Shown here in pieces: positions 53,635 to 64,000 of a DNA stretch of 64,000 nucleotides (position 1 is its first letter; each line of letters starts with the position of its first letter). Made by a program: the position numbers and the translations under genes. Source of the stretch: Felis catus (taxonomy: Eukaryota); the NCBI RefSeq assembly GCF_018350175.1, contig NC_058368.1, positions 204,044,001 to 204,108,000 of the forward strand. The letters run 5' to 3'. Under the pieces are notes generated by a model. It was not told the origin of the DNA, did not search any database, and worked only from the letters and a program-made list of their open reading frames with translations.

Positions 53635-55607
53635 CTACGATGAAAACCAGAGCAGAACCAAAATTAATACGCTAAAAATAAAACCTCTGACACTGGACAT
53701 CTTGGTTCTTAGTCATTCTGGTGTTTCAATTAACCTACTTCCCTTGAAGCTCTCCTGCCAGTAACAACCAAGTGCCTCCTATCCGGTCAACTCTCCCGCA
53801 GATGCACCAAGTGAGAACAGTGAACCACCTCCCTGCCCCGAAATATCCCTAAGTCCCTAAAAGGCAGTGATGAAAAGCAGGCAGAAACTAGAGAGGGGTC
53901 TGCACTTGAAAAAGGTGAGAGCACTGAGTGAATTGTATGGTTTTTATGGTTAGTCTAAGGGCAGGCACCTGCTCGTGCCAGGAGAGAGAGCTGAAACTAA
54001 ATCACAAGCCCACAGTCTCACTAGTTTGAAGATCCAAGGACAGGATTTAGGGTGACTAAGGCAGCTGGAAAGGCAGAAGGCAAACTGCAAAGGAGCAGGC
54101 TGAAGAGAGGGAGCCCCAAACTCTACATATAAATTCGGCCCAAATATCTGGCTCACTCTTTATGCATTACGCATTGATCTAATAACAGATTTCAGCAACC
54201 ACCCCCCGCCCCCCGCAATCATAGGTGAGCCAGATTTGAAATCTGAAGGCAGCCAAGTTAGCTGCCTACAAAAATAAATTAAAAAATAATTATCAATACT
54301 CTTTGGAGGAATACAACAGAATCCAAAGTCTGTCTAGTGCAACCCCAAATCACTAAACACAGGAAAGGAAAACATGATGGGGAAGAAGAGTTTTGCTTTT
54401 TATTCCACATACTCCCACATACGTTGAGTTTAAGATGTGAATGTATTCACAGGCTACTTAATTAAGTCAAAAGCAATTAAAATAGTCCACAAAATATTTT
54501 ATCTTACTCAGACATCCTTATAAAAGCATAAAGTAGCTCTTAAATATCAAATTCATCTCTTCTCAAAAATAGTAATTCTTAAAATTTTCTATTTCTATGC
54601 TAATGGTTTTGAGACATTTTTTGACCTCTTCTGCTCTCCTGAATAAAAAAAAAGTGTCAAAACTACTTTTCATTGGTTTAAAATAAAACAAAAATTAGTG
54701 TTATATAATCCTGAAAAAAATTGGATTGTCAGTAGTCATAAAAAGAATTTTAAGTTACTTTTCAGACTTCTAAAGTTTCTTGGTCAAAATCAGTCCTTTT
54801 AGGATTACATAATAGTAAGTATTATTTTAACACTGTAAATCATGAATCAAGCAGCCAATATGTGTTTGATAAGCAATTACTATATGTCTAATTTTGTGCT
54901 AAGCACTACAAATTATTTTAAAAACTTAAAACATTAACCTTGTCTTTAAGGTTGACTCCAGACTAGACGAATAAGGGAATCAGTGAATAACAGAGAGCTG
55001 TTCGCAAAGGCTTCCTACACTGATACAATGAAATGCTACACTGTAGCACATGGCCAACTAGAGAATGCTGTATGTATCAATACACTAAATACAAAAATTA
55101 GAGAGGAAGAGGAGGACCAAACCTACCATGAAAGGCTTTGCTGAACTCCCCCACTGAGCCCAGAGGATTTATTAACTGAATTCCATTTTATCTACTGTGG
55201 TTATTTAACTTGGTATCCTGGTTTCCAATAAATGTTAGCACAACTAATTGGCAGAGAATACCTTCCACTTATCGCATAAAACCCAAAGCATTATTCTGTG
55301 GCCCTGTCACAACAGGGAGGCTCCTAACAAATGGTATTGAAAACACTTGGCTTTTTAAAATTCCCTATTCACCAACACACTGATCCAGTGAAAAGACCCC
55401 AGAACAATAAATGTGTCACATGACAACTTTGGAAGGAACCATTACGTGGAAAGAAAGAGTGGATTTTTCTTCTTACACTTTTCCATGTTTTCCAAATTCT
55501 AAACAGAACATGTGACATCATTTTGAAACATGTTTATTCCATCAACAGTCTTGAAGAGATAGAAATATGATTAGACTGTAATCAAACAAAATACTGCCAG
55601 TTCCTCA

Positions 55608-55829
<222 letters not shown>

Positions 55830-55851
55830 CTAGCACGTGTCATTAAATTAA

Positions 55852-55875
55852 AACAACAACAACAACAACAACAAC

Positions 55876-55923
<48 letters not shown>

Positions 55924-55928
55924 TGTGT
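55852..55928 (+). repeat. Compound microsatellite (AAC)9(AC)21(GT)4
   Basis: Read directly; begins ~50 nt from the exon 16 acceptor. Confidence 0.95.
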
Positions 55929-56968
55929 CATTTAATCCTAAGCTACCAAAATTTAATATCAGCATAAAAAAAGGACCTGAAACATAAAAGCAAATTAGGG
56001 CTCTTAGACGTAACAAATGTTAACAGAAGTAGGAAAAGTATGGCTCAACTTAACTGTTCTTTACTTTGATCACACAACAATTTCTTTACTCTTTGTCACA
56101 AAATCTTAAAAAATTACTTTTTTCCCGTATGACCGACACACAAGTTGTTAAGTGTGGTTTCATTTATTTAAAACTTCAAAACAGAGTCCTAGCACATTAG
56201 CATTTCTGACTCTATCAACTGAGCCCAAGGGAGCAGAGCCCTGGTTTGCTACTTGTTTTTAAAAACAAAGCATGAGACAAGAACATCGTAGGCTTGAAGT
56301 TCTTTGGGGATTTTAAGTTCCATGGAAGTTTCCTATTTAATTTTAATGACTTGATTACTGAGAGGCCAGACCAGATTTTTATATCATAAACTAGTTTCTA
56401 TATAGACTCACTTTTTCATGAAAACACTGAAAACAGCCTATGTGAGTTCTGGGTTTTTTGTTGTTTTTTTTTTTACCCCCACTTCTATTTTCCTGGCTGA
56501 CTTTGGCAGTAGCAGAAGATGCCATGCTACAGCTGTAAAATGTGTATCTGTTTTCAGAATCAGTACTGCATAGTGATCACACCAGCTTATTCAATAAGCT
56601 GCTCTCTATTCTGGAAAACGTATAAAGTTCATTCTTGTGAACTCTACAGAGGCATCTCTAAGGGTTATGAAGATGTTGTTTTGTTCACATTTATCATCAA
56701 ATGTCAACTAGTCCCTCTACACAAATTTCTGTGCACTTGTTTCCTCTGTTGGCTGTCTACAGAAGGAACAGCTTCAAAGCCTTAGGAGATCTGGAAGGCT
56801 CAAATAAAGGAAAGCAACCGTGATGTGGAGGAGGGGGTCTTTTATATATTTGAGCGCTACCTGAATTCTTCACCTAACAGCTTTGACAGTTAAGCCATTT
56901 TCTAAAATTGAAATGGACCCCTAAACAAGAGATATTTACACTGAATAATATAGGTAGGTGCTAAATTA

Positions 56969-57235
<267 letters not shown>

Positions 57236-57288
57236 TTAAAACTCAACACAGCTTTGAGAAGCAACTCTGATAAAGCCCATGCCTGAAC

Positions 57289-57980
57289 ATTATTCAGCCA
57301 TAAAGAAAGATAGAAATCTTGCCGTTTGTGAAAATATTGATGAACCTTGAGGGTATCATGCTAGGTGAAATGAGTCAGACAGAGAAAGACAAATACCATA
57401 TGATCTCACTTGCATATGAAACCTAAAACAAAAAAACAACCAAGCTCATGATACAGAGAACAGACTGGTGGTTGCCAGAGGCAGGGGAAGGGGGACGGGC
57501 AAAATGGGTGAAGCTTCCAGGCTCAAAATAAGTCGTGGGGATGTAACATACAGCATGGTGACTATTATTAATAATACTGTATAGCATATTTGAAAGTTGC
57601 TAAGAAAGTAGATCTTAAAAGTTCTCATCACAAGGGGCCCCTGGATAACTCAGTCGGTTGGGCGTCCAACTCTTGATTTCGGCTCAGGTCACGATCCCAG
57701 GGTCATGGGATCAAACCCCACGTCCAGCTCTGTGCTAAGCACAGAGCCTAATTAAGATTCTCTCTCCCCCCACTGCCTGCCAGTCTCCCCTGCTCACACT
57801 CTCTCTCTAAAATAAAATTTAAAAAAGAAAAGTTCTCAGCACAAGAAAAAAAATTCTGCAACTACGTATGGTGACAGATATTTGCTACACTTACTGTGAT
57901 TATTTTGCAATATACACAAATACTGACTCATTATTTCATACATCTGAAACTAATACAATGTATGCCGATTCTACCTCAAT
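57289..57980 (+). mobile_element. Older L1 (L1MA-like) 3' fragment interrupted by a SINE
   Basis: tattcagccataaag..gagaaagacaaatacc..gatcttaaaagttctca..tacctcaat. Confidence 0.85.
57634..57827 (+). mobile_element. Can-SINE nested in the L1MA-like fragment
   Basis: TSD aaaagttctca(t/g)cacaag at 57617-57634 and 57828-57845. Confidence 0.94.
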
Positions 57981-58579
57981 TTTTTGGGTATACACATTTA
58001 AGGGTTTCCCATCATTATCACTAATAAGTATTTATCTGCTTCCTCATATGGGCTAAATATTCTCTCACAGGGACTATACAGAAGGTAAGGACGCTGGCTA
58101 TGTATACCCTTTCAAAATAGCAGGCTTTCTCAACACACAGTCCAATTCCAAAACCCAACACACAGCACTGACACCTGTCTCTTCCCTCACAACCTGCAAA
58201 CACTCCCCTGACTAACGCTTCTTCACATGCCTTTACATCCCCCTACTGCAAGAATAACTCAAGCTCTCTTCTCGAAAAGCCAATATTTGCTTCTTCAATA
58301 TTTGAAGAAGGCTTAGGTTTTCAGGGCAGTGGGTGGGAGCAAAGGTGAACACATGCAAATAGCTGGGTAGAGTAAACGTGCAAATGAGGAGACTCTTGAA
58401 CTCCTGCCTGGTTCTAGGCAGGTGGTACAGGAGTGCCTCTCAGAATACTTGCTAAGATCCTGTCTAAAAGTTTTTCTGCCATGAACCTACAACACATTTT
58501 CCTTCCAGTTCCTTTCCAGGGACTATTGAGAAAGGACACAAAGCATTCCTGCGCAAGTACAAAAGGAGGTCTAAAGCTA

Positions 58580-59430
58580 CTGTTATGCTGGTAAATATAT
58601 AACCACCAGCTCCTTGGGATAAAAACACGTGCCTGTGCCTGTTAGAAGTATGTACATGAGTTTTCGCTGATATGAAGGTATAGAGCACACAAGTTTCAAA
58701 TAACAAAACATATAATACTCTCTATTGTAAACTCCATGTAGCCAATTGACTTTCACAGAATGCATTTGTTGACTTTTACCAACTCTTGTGTCTGTCGCCA
58801 ACCTAGTGGTTGCAACTGATGAATGAGTGTGGTTCCCATGGGAATGTTGGCTGACAGTTTTGTCTGCATTAACAAGTAAGACAAAACTGAAAGATGCATG
58901 TGAGAACCTCACTCATTATCAACAATGTGAGCAGCTGCTTCACTAAATCGGATGATAGTTTTCAAACACTATGAGAATATTTTCTCAGTTTTTTTGCGAT
59001 ATTCACCACATAATGGCTATAGGCACAGCACACTTTTGAATTTAAGCTGCATTATTAATATTTTCTAACACCACTTTCTCAGGGCTGGACAGTCAACAAA
59101 ACAATAAATGAAACCCAGATATGTTAGTATCTGTTGATTTCCACCGTGTAAATGCAACCATCATGATCAATTTCTAACTACCAAGGTTATGTCATTAACT
59201 ATGGAGCTGGGAAGCCATGGACAGAAGCCCACCTTTACACGGTATTCCTAAAAACAGATAATAAACATGGGTAATCTCAAGAGCATAGAAAATAAGCTCA
59301 AATAAATTAGAAAGTTATAAATAATATAATTACCTTTCTTTCTAATATAATGTATTTTATTTTGGTGAAAAGTCATCAAGTTGGTATAATTTTCATTCAA
59401 ATACAAACATTTTAAAACATTTAACACTGA
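58580..59430. mobile_element. hAT-Blackjack DNA transposon relic (MER63-like)
   Basis: tgctggtaaatatataaccaccagctc start; gatttccaccgtgtaaat and aatctcaagagcataga segments resemble the MER63 consensus as recalled. Confidence 0.6.
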
Positions 59431-59442
59431 GTAAGTACATCA

Positions 59443-59778
<336 letters not shown>

Positions 59779-60926
59779 CTATTAGCATAGGGAGGACTTC
59801 TCTTGAGGAAACGTGATTTCCTAAGAACAACTCTAAATTCAGATAATAGAGGGACCAATATGACTTCTTCTTTGAATATTTCAATATATCTTTCTATCCA
59901 TTAGGGATATTAACAAATTAAATACCTGAAATTCTACTTGCAGTTATACCATTTAGGTAAATTGGTTTCTTTTGTATTGGATGGCATGCACAAATGCATA
60001 CAGAAGTACCTAAGTTTAAACAGAGTTATGGGCTCTAGACCTGACCAAATGCTGTAAAGGAGCCAATCCCTGACGTAGTAAATGCCAGGGACCATGCCCT
60101 ATACTTTACTGAAGTTGTAGGTCAGTCCCATGAGATTCACAAAAGTTGAAAGAGTCATCATCCTCATGTTACAAGAGGAAACCAAAGTTTAAAGAGGTTA
60201 CTACATAATTCTTCCAAGGTCAAATGATCAGAAAATAGCAAATCTGGGATTCAGACAAGGGTCTCCCTGACGTACCACTCCAACTGTTCTCAAAAAAGAT
60301 TTTGTTCAATCAACAAGTAAGAAACGCTGGGAACAGCGGAAACCAAGGGAGACACGATTTTCCTGCTGTCAGAGTAGATGCAATCACATGACAGTCATTG
60401 AAAAGTGATAAAAAAAAAATACTCAGTTCAGAACAAAATTGAGTCTCAATTATAATTATATTGGCACATGGAACTTTTGAAGTTCAACTTGATTATTTCT
60501 GCTTTTCTACATAACGTTTATTTTTAAACTGTCTTTTTTAAATGAATTGACATAACATCTCCTGCTTACAAAAGATGATGCACTGAATTTGTTGGGGGAG
60601 AAACAGAAAATTTTCAAAATTTTTTACTGATTATTTCACCATATCCCTACAACAATCCAGCCAGGTACATAAAGAGGATACTAATAACTTTCTTGACTCT
60701 TTTTACATGTAGAAAAACTGAGGGACAGACAGGGAAACCCACGTTAGCACATTCAGTTAGCAGGCAAATCTGTCACTAGAATCTGGGGTACGGATTCTTA
60801 GGGGATAGGAATGCTCCATTTGACCAAGATGTTTCTAGAGTTATTATTATATTTGCTTGTCAGAGCCTGAATTTTGATAACGATAATGTGAAATCTAGTT
60901 GGAAAGAAAACACAGTGGCAAAATTA

Positions 60927-61097
<171 letters not shown>

Positions 61098-61939
61098 TTA
61101 TCAAAGTAAATATAAAACAGAAAGAGGTATCTCATTTAGCAACATGATTTTTAAAGTGGTACACTTTTCCTATTTTAAGCACATCTTTATCACCTAAGGA
61201 TAAATATAATATTAAGTAACATTTTAAGAGCTCAAAATTAAGTTAGGCTATTACTCAAGCCAGTTCCACTGAATGCAGGGAACCCTATATTCAAAAACAA
61301 AATTTGTGACCAGGGTGCAGCACCAACTCTTTCTGCGTGACTACAAGTAAACAGGCATTCAAACAGCTTGGGGACGCAAAAGATCAAAGGCTAGTAATTT
61401 TTTCTAATAAGTTATTCTGTTTGTTAAACCTATATTAAGTGATAAAAGAAAAAAAATGCCATATTAACAGGCACCAGATTTCTTGGACATATTAACTGAT
61501 TTTTTGATACAAAATAGCATCAAATGAGTTTATACAAGTGATGGGCCAGGCTTTCAGTTTTCAGGAACACAGGCCAGGATAAGGCAAAAGGCTAAAATTT
61601 TATCTAAAAGTATACTCATTTAGAGATGTTACGGTGATAGCTACAAGTCAACTTAATTCAAAACTATGCATTCAATAACCTTCTAGTTAACCTGTAGCAA
61701 GACAATCATTCTGTTTGTTTATTTCGGGGCACAGGGGAAGAGGGTGTTCTTTTATCAAATGGTTTCTAAAAATTACAAGTGGGCAAAATAATTTTTCTTC
61801 ACAGAGAGCATTTATGATCTGATTGAGACCATTTTTAAAGGCACAATTAAATTCTTAAAATCAGAATGTCTAACACTCTAAAAGTCTATATCGATTTATA
61901 TTTGCTTCTCATGTCTCCATTAAAAGTAGCACGGTGGGG

Positions 61940-62066
61940 GGGGAGGGGGCACGCCTGGCTGACTCATTCAGAAGAGCATGGAACATGCAACTCTTGATCC
62001 TGGGGTCGTGAGTTCAAGTCCCACGTTGGGTATAGAGATCACATACACACATACATACATACATAA
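61940..62066 (+). mobile_element. Short Can-SINE with (ACAT)n tail, ~40 nt from the exon 12 donor
   Basis: gcctggctgactca..actcttgatc..gtgagttcaag; flanking repeat agcac(g/c)gtggg. Confidence 0.8.
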
Positions 62067-62105
62067 ACAGCACCGTGGGTTCTTTTACCACCATTGCCAT
62101 CGTAC

Positions 62106-62216
62106 CTGCAATGTTGACTGAGGAAATAAACGTAGCAAGAGCAGCAAGGCCCTGAGAAGTTGTGGAAGGATACAAATGTCCTCCCATCAGTGCCAACCCA
62201 CCAACTGCAGTCAACC
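62106..62216 (-). CDS. NNT: NNT exon 12 ([37 protein letters not shown])
   Basis: Acceptor ttcttag|GG, donor GCAG|gtacga; 111 nt. Confidence 0.97.
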
Positions 62217-62987
62217 CTAAGAAGAAAGAATCAAGATGGTGAACAGGCATAGTGACACAGCCACACCCAATTCATAGCTGCAGGATCTCACATGTATAGA
62301 CACAAAGGAAAATGTTCCCACACAACTCTGTCACTCAAGTACTATTGTGGGCAAAAAGCTAACAAATGTTTTTCCTCTTGCATAAAAATTCAGCCTTCCT
62401 TTAACTTTCTAGCTCTGTTCCTCCGATAAAGATATAAATCAATAACATTATCAAAAAGTGGATAAACTGCTTCTGAACTGGAAGTAACTTGGCACGAACT
62501 ATAAATACATGATGGTGGAGCCGTAACTTTGAACTTTCCAGAGTACAGTGCCTCTGGGAATGAGACACATTCTGTGCAGAGACCCCGGATGCTGGGCCTC
62601 CAGCACTGCTGTCAGGGCTGTGCACTGGTGCCATGAGACTTCTAAGCCAGGGCAGATCCAGGGTGGGTCTCATTCCTAGATCTGAGCCATCACAGGGGGC
62701 CAAAGAGACCAGCTCCTGGACAACTGTGTGGACCGCTGCACAGACCACCATCAAGACTCACACCAAAAAGAAATGCCTGATGCTACTCTGGCTGGGCAGC
62801 TGGGCTTCCTGTTCCAAAGCCTTCATGGTGAACCTGAGGATAGGTATGGCTTGCTGCGTGCAGACTTGCTGAGCTGAATGTTTAGATGAATCTAAGAAAA
62901 GCTCCTAACGGATGTCGCAACTATAATTCTGTGAAACAGAAGTTTCCAAATTATATCACAGGAATCCCTTCTTTAAAGGAAATTGTA

Positions 62988-63464
62988 GCGGCGCCTGGGT
63001 GGCTCGGTAGGTTGAGCATCCGACTTCAGCTCAGGTCATGATCTCACAGTTTGTGAGTTCGAGCCCCACGTCGGGCTCTGTGCTGACAGCTCAGAGCCTG
63101 GAGCCTGCTGCAGATTCTGTGTGTGTGTGTCTCTCTCTCTCTGCCCTTCCCCTACTCGTCCTCTGTATCTCTCTCTCTCAAAAATAAAAATAAACAGGGG
63201 CGCCTGGGTGGCGCAGTCGGTTGAGCGTCCGACTTCAGCCAGGTCACGATCTCGCGGTCCGTGAGTTCGAGCCCCGCGTCGGGCTCTGGGCTGATGGCTC
63301 AGAGCCTGGAGCCTGTTTCCGATTCTGTGTCTCCCTCTCTCTCTGCCCCTCACCTGTTCATGCTCTGTCTCTCTCTGTCCCAAAAATAAAAATAAACGTT
63401 GAAAAAAAAAATTAAAAAAATAAAAATAAACATTAAAAAAATGTTTTTAATAAATAAATAAAAA
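62988..63464 (+). mobile_element. Outer Can-SINE whose tail is split by a second SINE
   Basis: TSD taaaggaaatt(g/a)ta at 62974-62987 and 63465-63478. Confidence 0.93.
63197..63416 (+). mobile_element. Inner, CpG-rich young Can-SINE (SINEC_Fc)
   Basis: Perfect TSD aaaataaaaataaaca at 63181-63196 and 63417-63432; CpGs largely intact. Confidence 0.95.
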
Positions 63465-63729
63465 TAAAGGAAATTATAATTGAAAGAAATAACAACGGTT
63501 CTGCACTGCTTGAGATGGGAGCAGCCCAAAGGCCTGACACTTACTTGCTCAGCCCCTTACTTCTGGCCCCATCCTTGCCCCTGTGGGAGCCCAAATCACC
63601 ACAACCACCGCCTCAGATGCCAAGCCATACAATTTGTAAACAAAGACTTTATAAACCTCACTGAAAGCGGCTGGAGAATTGAACAGCCCATGAAAACCTA
63701 AGATGAGGGAAGACAAGAGAGGACCAAAC

Positions 63730-63891
63730 CTGAGATTGCATTAGTCACAGACATCAGTGGTGAGTGGAGAGCAGGGGTCACTCCCCAGACAGTGTGGTAG
63801 CCCACGATGCCGGCCAAGCCAAAAGTGGTCACCATCTGGGAAAAGGCTAAATTGGGTGCCGCAAGGCCCAAACCCAGAATCCCAGTGAGAC
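63730..63891 (-). CDS. NNT: NNT exon 11, domain II TM helices ([54 protein letters not shown])
   Basis: Acceptor tttctgtag|GT, donor TCAG|gtttgg; 162 nt; conserved [15 protein letters not shown] motif. Confidence 0.97.
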
Positions 63892-64000
63892 CTACAGAAA
63901 GAGAAGAGTGTGAGCTGACATCCAATTAATTACCTCAAGATTAAAAGCACACACACGCACGCACACACACACAAGCATGTGAAATAGTCAATCCTTTTAA

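Noticed and set aside
58290..58310. 9-bp hairpin cttcttcaa-tat-ttgaagaag
   Set aside because: Short and AT-rich; plausible by chance in 64 kb

Overview
Mammalian genomic DNA, most likely a felid or other feliform carnivore, judged from its tRNA-derived Can-SINEs of the SINEC_Fc type and carnivore-type L1s. The only protein-coding gene I can support is NNT (mitochondrial nicotinamide nucleotide transhydrogenase) on the minus strand. The window holds its last 12 coding exons (11-22 by analogy with the human gene as I recall it), from 63891 down to the TAA stop at 23140-23142. All introns are GT-AG, phases join without frameshift, and the spliced 1817 nt encode most of the transmembrane domain II and all of the NADP(H)-binding domain III. 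The rest is intron and 3' intergenic DNA full of retroposons: one degenerate full-length L1 (~9321-16270), several 5'-truncated L1s (one twin-primed), about 27 Can-SINEs (many with readable target-site duplications, several nested), MaLR/ERVL, MIR/L2 and MER63-like relics, and microsatellites. I found no convincing new biological system. The best leads are an unexplained 122-bp GC-rich insert flanked by a perfect 16-bp duplication in intron 19, a (GU)21(GUU)9 tract just upstream of the exon 16 acceptor, and repeat-borne splice and polyadenylation signals inside NNT introns. Repeat subfamily names are from memory of consensus sequences and repeat boundaries are approximate.
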